From the NCBI GenBank assembly GCA_009694025.1, contig SHVZ01000003.1:6608-70607 (forward strand): DNA of 64,000 nt, read 5' to 3'. This document shows positions 37,894 through 48,004 of this stretch, piece by piece. Under the pieces are notes generated by a model, which was not told the origin of the DNA, searched no databases, and was given only the letters and a program-made list of their open reading frames with translations. The stretch comes from Alphaproteobacteria bacterium. GTDB lineage: Bacteria; Pseudomonadota; Alphaproteobacteria; SHVZ01. How positions within the stretch are numbered: position 1 is the stretch's first letter; each line of letters opens with the position of its first letter. Position numbers and translations under genes: made by a program.

Positions 37894-39048
37894 ATGGACG
37901 GCGACGGGCAGGTGGCGGTCCGCGTCGTCGAGCGCATCGGCGCCATCGCCGCCGCCGACTGGGACGCCTGCGCCGGTAGGGACAACCCGTTCCTTTCGCA
38001 TGCGTTCCTCGCCGCGCTCGAGGAGTCCGGCAGCGTCGCCCCCGACACCGGCTGGCTGCCCCAGCACCTCGTCGCCGAGGACGAGAGCGGCAGGGTTCTC
38101 GGTGTCGTCCCCGCCTATCTGAAGAGCCATTCCCAGGGGGAATACGTCTTCGACCACGGCTGGGCCGATGCCTATATGAAGGCCGGCGGCCGCTACTACC
38201 CGAAGCTCCAGATCGCCGTGCCGTTCACGCCGGCGACCGGGCGGCGCTTCCTCCTGAGGCCGGGGGTCGATGCCGATCTCGCGCTTCGGCTGGCGCAGGC
38301 GTCGCTGACGCTGGCGGAGAAGCGCCGCGCCTCTTCGGTCCACGTCACCTTCCCGACCGAGGCCGAATGGTCCCAGCTCGGCGAGGCCGGCTGGCTCCGC
38401 CGCACCGGGCTGCAGTTCCACTGGACCAATGAGGGCTACCGGACCTTCGAGGATTTCCTCGAGGCGCTGTCGTCGCGCAAGCGCAAGGTGATCCGCAAGG
38501 AGCGTCGCGAAGTGGCGGAGAGCGGCATCGTCGTCCGCGCGCTCTCCGGCAGCGAGATCGAGGAACGGCACTGGCGGACCTTCCATCGCTACTACCTCGA
38601 CACGGTCGATCGCAAATGGGCGCACGCCTATCTGAACGAGGCGTTCTTTCTCCGCCTCGGCGCGACCATGGCCGACCGGGTGGTGATGGTCGTCGGCGAA
38701 GCCGGAGGGAAGATGATCGCCGGCGCGCTGAACCTCCTGGGCGCGGACGCGCTCTACGGCCGCAATTGGGGTGCCGACGGCGCTTACAGATTCCTGCATT
38801 TCGAGGCTTGCTACTACCGGGCGATCGACGTCGCGATCGAGCGCGGCCTCATGCGCGTCGAGGCGGGGGCCCAGGGGCCCCATAAGATCCAGCGGGGATA
38901 CCTCCCGACGACGACCTACAGCCTTCATCACATCTTCGATCCGCGGCTGGCGAAGCCGGTCGCCGACGTTCTGACGCGCGAGCGTGTCCAGGTCACCCGC
39001 GAGATCGAGCGCCTCAAGGAGCTGTCGCCGTTCCGCAAGGGCGAGTGA
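37894..39048 (+). CDS. GNAT-fold N-acetyltransferase of the DUF482/BioF2-like family
   Basis: 384 aa of the conserved alphaproteobacterial DUF482 family. Confidence 0.6.
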   Translation: MDGDGQVAVRVVERIGAIAAADWDACAGRDNPFLSHAFLAALEESGSVAPDTGWLPQHLVAEDESGRVLGVVPAYLKSHSQGEYVFDHGWADAYMKAGGRYYPKLQIAVPFTPATGRRFLLRPGVDADLALRLAQASLTLAEKRRASSVHVTFPTEAEWSQLGEAGWLRRTGLQFHWTNEGYRTFEDFLEALSSRKRKVIRKERREVAESGIVVRALSGSEIEERHWRTFHRYYLDTVDRKWAHAYLNEAFFLRLGATMADRVVMVVGEAGGKMIAGALNLLGADALYGRNWGADGAYRFLHFEACYYRAIDVAIERGLMRVEAGAQGPHKIQRGYLPTTTYSLHHIFDPRLAKPVADVLTRERVQVTREIERLKELSPFRKGE

Positions 39049-39148
39049 CGCGACCGCCGCCGTCACGCCGGCCGCGGCGATCCGAAGACCGCGCCACCGA
39101 GGATCATGTCGATGGCCGTGCCGCCGGACGGCCCGCGGCATCGGCGGG

Positions 39149-39673
39149 TCACGACGATGTGCGCGGCTCCATTGTGAACACGGCGGCGCCGAGCACCGTG
39201 TCGACCGACGCTCCGTCGGCCGACAAGACCGGGAGCAGCAGCCGCTCGTAGCGGTAAGTCCGCTGGTCCCGGCCGGTGAATTCGCCCCGGTGGCAAAGCG
39301 GCCGGCGTTCGCGGACCACCTGCCGGTAGTGGCCGACGATGGTCTCCCGCATCGCCGGCGCGATGCTGATGTCGAGGTCGAGCCCGGTGTCGTCGGTGCC
39401 GACATTGCGGACGATGTGCCGGCCGATCAGGCGCCAGCGGAACCGCTGGCCGTCCTCGAGCACGTCGACGATGAAGAGGTACGGGAGCAGCGCCGGATTC
39501 ATCGCCATGAGGTCGATATCGTCGTGCCCGGGCAGGCCGCCCGGCTTGATCGCCTGCCAATAGGTGAGCAGCTGGCCGAGCCGGCCGGAGGGCTCGATGT
39601 CCTCGAAGATCGGGGATGGCGGCAAGGGACCGGGCCTCCAGCTACAGCGTCTTGACCGCCGCCAGGACCACAT
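39149..39673 (-). CDS. PAS-domain protein (small, PAS_5-like)
   Basis: PAS-like core. The start is uncertain, and the ORF overlaps the bcp stop. Confidence 0.5.
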   Translation of the reverse strand: MWSWRRSRRCSWRPGPLPPSPIFEDIEPSGRLGQLLTYWQAIKPGGLPGHDDIDLMAMNPALLPYLFIVDVLEDGQRFRWRLIGRHIVRNVGTDDTGLDLDISIAPAMRETIVGHYRQVVRERRPLCHRGEFTGRDQRTYRYERLLLPVLSADGASVDTVLGAAVFTMEPRTSS

Positions 39674-40106
39674 CGACGTGGCCGCGCACCTCGACCTTGC
39701 GCCAGACGTGACGGCCGACGCCTTTTGCGTCGATGACGAAGGTCGCCCGCTCGATCCTCATGCATTTTCGCTTGTACATGCTCTTCTCGACCCAGGTGCC
39801 GAACGCCTCGCAGGCCTTGCCTTCGGTGTCGGCCAGAAGCGGGAACGGCAGGTCGTACTTGGCCGTGAACTTGGCATGGCTCGCAACCGAATCCTTGGAG
39901 ACGCCGAGCGCCTCGGCGCCCGCCCTCTTGAAGCGCGGCAGCGCGTCACGGAAATCCTGGGCTTCTCTGGTGCAGCCGGAGGTGTCGTCGTTCGGATAGA
40001 AGTCGAGGACGACGGGCTTGCCCGTGAGTTCGGCGAGGGAAACCTCGCCGCTCCCCGAGGCCGGAAGCGTGAGGGCCGGCGTCTTGCCGCCGACATCGAT
40101 GGTCAT
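39642..40106 (-). CDS. bcp: peroxiredoxin Bcp (thiol peroxidase)
   Basis: Active-site region DFYPNDDTSGCTREA with a peroxiredoxin fold; 154 aa. Confidence 0.85.
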   Translation of the reverse strand: MTIDVGGKTPALTLPASGSGEVSLAELTGKPVVLDFYPNDDTSGCTREAQDFRDALPRFKRAGAEALGVSKDSVASHAKFTAKYDLPFPLLADTEGKACEAFGTWVEKSMYKRKCMRIERATFVIDAKGVGRHVWRKVEVRGHVDVVLAAVKTL

Positions 40107-43069
40107 GCAATGGCTTCCTTTCGTAGCGTCTGGGCCGGCTCGTCGATGAGCCGACGATAGAGGTCTCGAACCCTGGACGCGGCGGCTTCGATCTTCGCCT
40201 CGAGATCGGCGAGGTTGCTGGCACCGCCTGCCTTTACGAGCGCCTGCTTGACGCCGGCCGAGGCGGTCGTCGGATCGAAGGTGCCGCCGGTGGTGAGCCT
40301 AAGGAAGCCCTGGAGCCGCCGCCACAGGCGCATCGCCTCGATCAGGTCGTCGGCCTCCTCTCGCGCGAGCGCCCCGGCACCGGCCAGGCGATCGAGCGCC
40401 TCCGTGGTGTTGACGCCGAGCACCTCGGGCGCGCGGGCGGCGTTGGCGAGCTGAAGGTACTGGGCGATGAACTCGATGTCGATCATGCCGCCCGGCCGGT
40501 GCTTCGCTTCCCAGAGCGAGCTCCCCGAATGCTCCTTGGCCATCCGCTGGCGCATGTCGGCGACGTCGGCCAGCAGCTTCCGGGGATCGCGGGGCACCGT
40601 CAGTATCCGCCGGACAGCTTCGGCGGCGGCCTCCATCAGCGACGTCGGACCCGCGATCGGCCGGGCCCGGGTCAGCGCCATGTGCTCCCAGGTCCAGGCC
40701 TCGGCCGTCTGATAGCGGACGAAGCCGTCGAGGTTGGAGGCGATCGGGCCCTTGTTGCCCGACGGCCGGAGCCGCATGTCGACCTCGTAAAGCGTGCCCT
40801 CGGCCGTCCTGACGGTGAGGCCGGCGATCAGGCGCTGGCTCCAGCGGCCGAACAGGAGCCCCGCCTGCAGCGGCTTCGGCCCGTCGGACTCGCGGTCGAC
40901 CGGCGCGTCATAGACGAAGATCAGGTCGAGGTCGGAGCCGATGGTCATCTCGCGACCGCCGAGCTTGCCGAGCGCCAGAACGGCCATGCCGGCGTCGGGC
41001 ACCCGGCCATGGGCCTCGGCGAGGAGGCGGCCGGTACGATCGGCGAGCCGGTCGACCACGGCCTCCGCGATGTCGGAGATCGCCGGTCCCAGGCGGTCGG
41101 CGTCGCTTTCGCCCGAGAGCATGCGAAGCCCAAGCGCGAACTTGCGGTCCTCGGCCCAGCGCCGGGTCAGGTCGAGGACCGCCTCGTAGCCGTCGGCGTC
41201 GTCGAGCGCGCTCTCGAGGTCGGCCTTGAGGGCGTCGACGCCCGGCGGCTCGGCCATGGCCGCCGGTGTCAGCACGGCTTCGAGCCGGGTCGGCCGGTTG
41301 CCGAGCGCCTCGGCGAGATGCGGTGCCGAGCCCATGACCTCCGAGAGGAGGGCGAGCAGGCGCGGGTTCTGGTGCAGGAGCGAGAACACCTGCACGCCGG
41401 CCGGCAACGCCTTGAGGAACGCATCGAAGCGGAGGAAGGCGCCGTCGGCGTCCGAGGTCTTCGCCAGCGCCTCCAGGAGGGCCGGCATCAGCTCGGTCAG
41501 GATCTGGCGCGCGCGTTCGCTGCGGGTCGCCCGGTAGCGCCCGTGATGCCAGCCGCGCACGCTGGCGCAGACCATGGAGGCGTCGCGATAACCCAGTTTG
41601 ACCAGCGTCTCGATCGTGCCGGGATCGTCCTCGGTGCCGGTGAAGACCAGGTTCCCGGGGCCGGAAAGGCTGGGCGCCTCCTCGAACAGCCGGGCATAGC
41701 GGCGCTCGACCCGCTTCAGGACCTGGGTGATGGCGCTGCCGAACGTCCCGGCATCGGCATATCCGAGGAACGCGGCAAGGCGATCGAGGCCGGGTCCGTC
41801 TGCGGGCAGCGTCTGCGTCTGCTCGTCGGCGATCATCTGCAGGCGATGCTCGACCGTCCTCAAGGTGCGGTAGGCGTCCGCGAGGTCGTCGGCGACCTCG
41901 CGGGCGACGTGGCCGGAGGCGACCAGCGCCTCCATCGCCTCGACCGTCGGCCGGACGCGGAGCGTGGGGTCGCGTCCGCCCCAGATGAGCTGCTGGGTCT
42001 GGGCGAAGAACTCGATCTCGCGGATGCCGCCGCGGCCGAGCTTGAGATTGTGGCCGGCGACCGCGATGTCGGCGCCGCCTTTGGCGGCGTGGATCTGGCG
42101 CTTGATCGAATGGATGTCGCGGATGGCGGCGAAATCCAGGTGCTTGCGCCAGACGAAGGGTTTGAGGTGCTTGAGGAACCGCCGGCCGGCGGCGAGGTCG
42201 CCGGCGACCGGGCGACCCTTGATCATCGCCGCCCGTTCCCAGTTCTGCCCGAGGCTCTCATAGTAGACCTCGGCGGCGCCGACGGAAATCGCGACTGGCG
42301 TGGCGCCGGGGTCCGGCCTGAGGCGCAGGTCGGTGCGGAACACATAGCCATCGGCGGTGCGCTCCGAGAGGATCTTCACCATGTCTCGGACCAGCCGGAC
42401 GAACCGCTGCTGCAGGTCGTCGACCTCGGCGAAGCCCGGCATGGTCTCGTCGTAGAAGACCATGAGGTCGATGTCGCTCGAGTAGTTGAGCTCGCGCGAG
42501 CCGAGCTTGCCCATCGCCAGCACGAAGAGCCCGGATCCCTCCGACGGCGGGTCGCTGTCGGGGAGCGGTACCTTGCCGGTCGCCCGAAGGCGCCCGAGCA
42601 GATGGTCGACCGTCGCTCGCAGCGCCGATTCGGCAAGGTCGCTCAGGCCCCGCGTCACCTTCTCGACCGGCCACATTCCGGCGATGTCGGCGAGCGCGAT
42701 CGCCAGCGCCGCCTTCCGTCGGGCGCGGCGGAGCCCGATCATCAGCGCCGCCTGGTCCTCCTCGGCGCCGAGAGGCTGAATCCCGGCGAGCGCCTCGGCG
42801 AGGCCGGCATCGGGGCCTTGAGTCGCGAGATCGAGGGCGAAGGGAATCTCCGCCAGCAGGCATTCGGTGAGGAACGGGCTCGACCCGAAAACAGCCCTCA
42901 GCGGCGGACCCGCATCGCCATCCGTAAGCAAGGCCAGCGCCGCGTCCCGCCGGACCTGGTCGAGGTCAGCCGCGCGTTCCCGCCATCGCGCGGCGGCGAT
43001 CTCGACCGCGGCGGGATCGGCCGGCCGCGGAGTTAGGTCGGAGGTGGCGAATCGGAGTAAGCTTGTCAT
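40103..43069 (-). CDS. glnE: bifunctional glutamine synthetase adenylyltransferase/deadenylyltransferase
   Basis: Two nucleotidyltransferase domains, about 990 aa. The ATG at 43069 is preferred over the TTG at 43123. Confidence 0.85.
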   Translation of the reverse strand: MTSLLRFATSDLTPRPADPAAVEIAAARWRERAADLDQVRRDAALALLTDGDAGPPLRAVFGSSPFLTECLLAEIPFALDLATQGPDAGLAEALAGIQPLGAEEDQAALMIGLRRARRKAALAIALADIAGMWPVEKVTRGLSDLAESALRATVDHLLGRLRATGKVPLPDSDPPSEGSGLFVLAMGKLGSRELNYSSDIDLMVFYDETMPGFAEVDDLQQRFVRLVRDMVKILSERTADGYVFRTDLRLRPDPGATPVAISVGAAEVYYESLGQNWERAAMIKGRPVAGDLAAGRRFLKHLKPFVWRKHLDFAAIRDIHSIKRQIHAAKGGADIAVAGHNLKLGRGGIREIEFFAQTQQLIWGGRDPTLRVRPTVEAMEALVASGHVAREVADDLADAYRTLRTVEHRLQMIADEQTQTLPADGPGLDRLAAFLGYADAGTFGSAITQVLKRVERRYARLFEEAPSLSGPGNLVFTGTEDDPGTIETLVKLGYRDASMVCASVRGWHHGRYRATRSERARQILTELMPALLEALAKTSDADGAFLRFDAFLKALPAGVQVFSLLHQNPRLLALLSEVMGSAPHLAEALGNRPTRLEAVLTPAAMAEPPGVDALKADLESALDDADGYEAVLDLTRRWAEDRKFALGLRMLSGESDADRLGPAISDIAEAVVDRLADRTGRLLAEAHGRVPDAGMAVLALGKLGGREMTIGSDLDLIFVYDAPVDRESDGPKPLQAGLLFGRWSQRLIAGLTVRTAEGTLYEVDMRLRPSGNKGPIASNLDGFVRYQTAEAWTWEHMALTRARPIAGPTSLMEAAAEAVRRILTVPRDPRKLLADVADMRQRMAKEHSGSSLWEAKHRPGGMIDIEFIAQYLQLANAARAPEVLGVNTTEALDRLAGAGALAREEADDLIEAMRLWRRLQGFLRLTTGGTFDPTTASAGVKQALVKAGGASNLADLEAKIEAAASRVRDLYRRLIDEPAQTLRKEAIA

Positions 43070-43141
43070 TGAAGGAGGCGTTCCGCGCGGGCGAAGGTGC
43101 GGGAGCCCTCGGGTGACCGTCAAGTCGCGAGTGCTGTCCCG

Positions 43142-46100
43142 ATGCCACGAGCCGTCGTCAAAGCCATCGAGATCGTGGGCGGACTCGCCGCGGGGCTGAT
43201 GATCGCGGCTGCGCTGCTGGTCTGGCGGCTGAACCAGGGGCCGATCGCCCTCGACATGCTGACGCCCTATCTGGAACGGGCGCTCAGCCCTGACGCCAGG
43301 GGCATGCGGGCCCGAATCGGTGCCACGCGCTTGATCTGGGCCGGGTGGGAGCGGGCCGTCGACCTCCGCGCCAGCGACGTGCGTGCGATCGCTCCGGACG
43401 GCGGCGTGATCGCCTCCCTTCCGGACATTACGATCAGGCTCAGCCTGACCGACCTCGCCCGCGGCCGGGTCCGCCCGACCGAGATCGAGGTGGTGGGACC
43501 GCGCCTTCGCCTGACCCGCACCGAGGACGGCCGCATCGACCTCGGATTCGGCGACGGCGGCGACGAGGGCCGGGCGGGGGCGATGCTTGCCGGCCTGATC
43601 GAGGAACTCTCAGGGCCGCAGCGGTCGGCCGCCGCGTCGGACCTGCCCGACCGGGTGGTGATCACCGACGCCGACCTTGCGGTCAGCGACCTCGCCGAAG
43701 GCATCCTCTGGCGGGCGACCGATGTCGATCTCCGCTTCGAGCGGAGCCCGGAAGGCCTTCGGGTCCGCGTCCGGGGGAAGGCCGAAATCGGTGGCTACAA
43801 GACGCCGATCGACGGCGCCGGCCGCTATGTCGCGGCCACCGGCACGATTGAGACGCAGTTCCAGCTGAGCCGCTTCGAGCCGGCGGCGCTGGCCCAGCGC
43901 TTCCCCGACTTCAAGCGGATCAAGCTCGCCATCGACGGCAACCTGCAGGCGGTCTTCGATCGCGAGGGCCGCGTGCTTTCGGCCCGGATCGAGGCCGCGG
44001 CCGGGCCGGGTGCAATCGAGCTGCCGGCGTTCTACCGCGGAGATATGGAGGTCGCCGGCGTGCAGCTCCGCGCCCGTTTCGACCGTGGCGCCGACACCAT
44101 CGACGTCGAACGGTTGATCGTCGACCTCGGAGGTCCGGTCGTGCGCGTCTCGGCCCGTCTCACGGGGCTCGAGGGGCGTGGCCTGATCGAAGCCGATGCG
44201 ATGGTCGAGGGCATGGAGGCCGACCGCCTCGCGCATTTCTGGCCGCCCAGGCTCGCGGTCAATGCGCGGCACTGGGTCACCGAGAACATCAGCCGCGGCA
44301 TGGTCCGCGAGGCGAGGCTCAAGCTGACCGGCGAGGTCAGGGATCTCAAGAATCTGTCGATCCGCTCGGTCGCCGGCGGCCTCGCCTACGACAACCTGGT
44401 CGTCCGCTATCTCAATCCGATGCCGCCGGTGCGCCAGGTTCGCGGCACCGCGACCTTCTCCGATTCCCGCTTCGACCTCGCGATCGCCGGCGGCACGCTC
44501 GATGGCCTCCGCGTCGGGCAGTCGACTGTGTCGATGACCGGGCTCGACAACGATCGTGAGCACGCGGAGATCGAGGTGGTGGTCGGCGGGCCGGTCAAGG
44601 ACGCGCTCAAGCTCATCGACTCGAAGCCGCTCGGATACACCACCAAGATCGGGATCGGCCTTGAGGGCGTCGCCGGCGACGCCGCGATTCGTCTCCGCTT
44701 CTCCTTCCCGCTGATCGCCAACCTGAAGCTCGAGCAGGTGGCGCTCTCGGCCGCTGCGAACCTCCGGGGCGTAGCCGTGCCCAAAGTGATCCGCGAGTGG
44801 GATGTGAGCGAGGCCAAGGGCACGCTTGCTCTCGACGGACGCGGCATGACGGTCAAGGGCGACGGCCGGCTGCAGGGAGTGCCGGTCGTCTTCGAGTGGC
44901 GGGAGAACTTCGACGACGCGCCGAGCGTGCGCCGACGCTTCGAGGTCACCGGCCACGCCGACGACGCCGGGCGGAAGGCCCTCGACTTGCCGCTTCAGGA
45001 GAAGGCTTCAGGTCCGATCGGCGCCCACGTGATCGCCGAGCAGCGTCCGAACGGCACCAGCGACGTCGATGTCACCCTTGATCTCGGCCCGGCCAAGGTC
45101 CGCTTCGACGAGATCGCCTGGCGCAAGCCCGCCGGCAAGCCCGGACACGCGCGCTTTGTCCTCAAGCTCGATCGGGCGACCGTCTCCTCGCTCGACGATC
45201 TCCGGGCAACCGCCGACGACCTCGACCTTACCGGCCGCATCACCTTCGACAAGGACGCCAGCATCTCGGCGCTCGATCTGACCAGGCTCAGGGTCGGCGG
45301 CAGCGAGATCCGCGTCGGCGTCGGCCGGCGCCGGCAGGGCGGCTACACGGTCGGCATCTCCGGCGAACGTCTGGACGTGAGGCCGCTGTTCGCCGACGAC
45401 GACGAGCCCAGGCCGAAGGCCAGGGGACCCGCGCTCGGGGTCGAGGTCCAGGTCGCCGAGCTCCGCGTCAGCGACAATCGCGCCTTCGCCGCCGTCAGGG
45501 CGTCGCTCGAATCGGACGGGCTGGCGTGGCGGCGGATCGGGGCCGAGGGCCGGGTCGGTGCCGAAGGCCGCTTCACCCTCGACATGTCGGCGGCCGACCG
45601 CCGCCACCGCTTCCATCTGACCTCCCTCGACGCGGGCACCATGCTGAAGGCGATGGGGTTCTACGACAACATGGTCGGCGGCCGGCTGATCCTCGAGGGC
45701 ACCGTCGAGGTCGAGGGAAAGGGCCTGCCGTTCGATGGCGACCTCACCATTACCGACTTCACGGTGGTTGGAGCCCCGGTCTTGGCGCGGCTTGCCTCGC
45801 TCGCCTCGTTCTCGGGCCTGTTCCAGACACTGTCGGGATCAGGCATCGGCTTCTCCCGCTTGAGCGCCAAGTTGACGCAGTCCGAGCGGCGGATCGAGAT
45901 CAAGGAGGCGCTCGCGGCCGGCGGCTCGCTCGGCGTGACCGCCCGCGGCTGGGTCGAGCGCAAAACCGACGTGGCGGAAATCGAGGGGACGGCGGTTCCG
46001 GCGTACACGCTCAACCGGATCATCGGCGCCATCCCGTTGCTCGGCGCGATCATCACCGGCGGAGGAAACGAGGGGGTGGTCGCCGCCGACTTCCGCATCA

Positions 46101-46246
46101 CCGGGCCGCTCGACAATCCGGAGGTCAGCGTCAACCCGCTCTCGGTCCTGGCGCCGGGCATCCTTAGGCGGATCGTCCGCTTCGTCGGCGGCCTCGAGGG
46201 CGACGACGATCGCTCGGACCCGTCGAAGCCCGAGGCCGGCCGCTGA
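43142..46246 (+). CDS. AsmA/YhdP-like (DUF3971-type) large envelope protein
   Basis: About 1034 aa with an N-terminal TM anchor and a long beta-rich region. The ATG at 43142 was chosen. Confidence 0.55.
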   Translation: MPRAVVKAIEIVGGLAAGLMIAAALLVWRLNQGPIALDMLTPYLERALSPDARGMRARIGATRLIWAGWERAVDLRASDVRAIAPDGGVIASLPDITIRLSLTDLARGRVRPTEIEVVGPRLRLTRTEDGRIDLGFGDGGDEGRAGAMLAGLIEELSGPQRSAAASDLPDRVVITDADLAVSDLAEGILWRATDVDLRFERSPEGLRVRVRGKAEIGGYKTPIDGAGRYVAATGTIETQFQLSRFEPAALAQRFPDFKRIKLAIDGNLQAVFDREGRVLSARIEAAAGPGAIELPAFYRGDMEVAGVQLRARFDRGADTIDVERLIVDLGGPVVRVSARLTGLEGRGLIEADAMVEGMEADRLAHFWPPRLAVNARHWVTENISRGMVREARLKLTGEVRDLKNLSIRSVAGGLAYDNLVVRYLNPMPPVRQVRGTATFSDSRFDLAIAGGTLDGLRVGQSTVSMTGLDNDREHAEIEVVVGGPVKDALKLIDSKPLGYTTKIGIGLEGVAGDAAIRLRFSFPLIANLKLEQVALSAAANLRGVAVPKVIREWDVSEAKGTLALDGRGMTVKGDGRLQGVPVVFEWRENFDDAPSVRRRFEVTGHADDAGRKALDLPLQEKASGPIGAHVIAEQRPNGTSDVDVTLDLGPAKVRFDEIAWRKPAGKPGHARFVLKLDRATVSSLDDLRATADDLDLTGRITFDKDASISALDLTRLRVGGSEIRVGVGRRRQGGYTVGISGERLDVRPLFADDDEPRPKARGPALGVEVQVAELRVSDNRAFAAVRASLESDGLAWRRIGAEGRVGAEGRFTLDMSAADRRHRFHLTSLDAGTMLKAMGFYDNMVGGRLILEGTVEVEGKGLPFDGDLTITDFTVVGAPVLARLASLASFSGLFQTLSGSGIGFSRLSAKLTQSERRIEIKEALAAGGSLGVTARGWVERKTDVAEIEGTAVPAYTLNRIIGAIPLLGAIITGGGNEGVVAADFRITGPLDNPEVSVNPLSVLAPGILRRIVRFVGGLEGDDDRSDPSKPEAGR

Positions 46247-46379
46247 AGGCGGCATTCCGGTCCTAAACAAGCCTTGAATGGACGCTCTGGTTCGGCCACG
46301 CTATCCAGTGATTGGCCGGCAACGACCGGCCTCTGTGCGTTTCTTCGGGAAGTTCCAACCATAAGCATTGGAGGCTTCG

Positions 46380-47987
46380 ATGCGTCGCCTGCTCGCCCCG
46401 AGCTTGATCCTCGCCGCCACCCTCGCCGCCACCCCGCCCGCGGGGGCCGCCACGCCCAATGACACCCTGGTGATGGCCTGGAACCTGGACGCGCTGATCA
46501 CCCTCGATCCGGCGCAGATCGCCGAGGTCAACGGCAACGACATCATGCGCAACGTCTGCGACCGGCTGGTCGCCTTCGACATGAAGGACTCCTCGAAGCT
46601 CGTGCCGGAGCTGGCCGAAAGCTGGTCGGTATCGGCTGACGGGCTGACGCTGACCTTCAAGCTGCGCAAGGACATCAAGTTTCCTTCAGGCAAGGCCGCG
46701 ACCGCTCATGATGCGGTTTGGTCGCTGAAGCGCGCCATCCACCTGAACTTCGGCAACGCCGCGAACCTCACCGAATGGGGCTTCAGCGCGGCCAAGGCCG
46801 ACGAGCAGTTCAAGGCGGTCGACGACCACACCATCGAGATCAAGCTCGACAAGCCCTATCCCCCCGGCCTGATCCTCTCGGCCGCGTTCACCGCCAACGT
46901 GGCCTCGGTCCTCAACAAGGAGACCGGCGAGAAGAACGCCAAGACGACCGACGGCAAGAGCGACTACGGCAACGCCTGGTTCAAGACCCAGTCCGACTGC
47001 GTCGGCCCCTACCGGGTCCGGACGTGGAACGCCAACGACGTCGTCATCATCGAGCAGACCGACAACTATTGGGGGAAGAAGCCCGGCCTGCGGCGCGTCC
47101 TCATCCGGCACATCCCGGAATCGGGCTCCCAGCGCCTCGCGCTCGAGAAGGCCGACATCGACGTGGCCCGTCTGCTCAATTCGGACGACCTCAAGGGGCT
47201 CGCCAGCAACAAGGACGTGCATATCGAGCAGACGCTGATGCACGGCTTCACCTATCTCGCCTTCAACGCCTCCGATCCGATCCTCTCGAATCCCAAGGTG
47301 CGGCTCGCCTTCCGCTATCTGATCGACTACGAGGGCCTGGGCAAGACCATCATGGCCTATCGCGGCGCGCCTCGCGGCAGCCTCGTGCCGATCGGGGCCT
47401 TCGGCGCACTGGACGAGAAGGCCGGCCTGCCGTTCAAGCTCGACCTCGACGCGGCGAAGAAGGCCATGGTCGAGGGAGGCTATCCGAACGGCTTTCAGAA
47501 GAAGCTGATCCTGTCCGCCAACACGCCTAATCCCGACCTCGCCCAGCACGTCCAGGCCAACGCCGCCAAGATCGGCATCAAGCTCGACCTCGAGCAGATG
47601 GCGGACGCCAACCTGTTCACCAAGATGCGCGGCCGCGAGTTCGAGGTCGGCCTGATCGGCTGGGGCGCCGGCTACCCCGACGCGCATAGCATGGTGTCGC
47701 GCCACGCCCAGAACCCGGACAACCGGCCGGAGGCGAAGCTCGCCCAATACCCGACCTGGCGCTCGGCCTGGGCCGATCCGAAGGTCAACGAGATGGCCGC
47801 GCAAGCCATGATGGAGCGCGACAGCGCCAAACGCATCGCCATGTATCATGAGCTGCAGAAGCACATGCTGGAGAACGGGCCGATGGCCTATATGTTCCAG
47901 ACGATCCGGCCGATCGCCATCCGCAAGGAGGTGAAGGACTTCGCGATCGCGCCGTTCAAGGTCGCCTACGAGACGGCGCGGAAGTAG
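46380..47987 (+). CDS. ABC transporter substrate-binding protein, family 5 (peptide/nickel type)
   Basis: Signal peptide plus an SBP_bac_5-like sequence. GGAGG lies 5 nt upstream of the ATG. Confidence 0.85.
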   Translation: MRRLLAPSLILAATLAATPPAGAATPNDTLVMAWNLDALITLDPAQIAEVNGNDIMRNVCDRLVAFDMKDSSKLVPELAESWSVSADGLTLTFKLRKDIKFPSGKAATAHDAVWSLKRAIHLNFGNAANLTEWGFSAAKADEQFKAVDDHTIEIKLDKPYPPGLILSAAFTANVASVLNKETGEKNAKTTDGKSDYGNAWFKTQSDCVGPYRVRTWNANDVVIIEQTDNYWGKKPGLRRVLIRHIPESGSQRLALEKADIDVARLLNSDDLKGLASNKDVHIEQTLMHGFTYLAFNASDPILSNPKVRLAFRYLIDYEGLGKTIMAYRGAPRGSLVPIGAFGALDEKAGLPFKLDLDAAKKAMVEGGYPNGFQKKLILSANTPNPDLAQHVQANAAKIGIKLDLEQMADANLFTKMRGREFEVGLIGWGAGYPDAHSMVSRHAQNPDNRPEAKLAQYPTWRSAWADPKVNEMAAQAMMERDSAKRIAMYHELQKHMLENGPMAYMFQTIRPIAIRKEVKDFAIAPFKVAYETARK

Positions 47988-48004
47988 CCCGGAGACACGT
48001 TTTC

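Noticed and set aside
39063-39148. Possible bidirectional terminator between the convergent DUF482 and PAS genes
   Set aside because: GC-rich imperfect inverted repeats without a T-tract are not convincing by eye.
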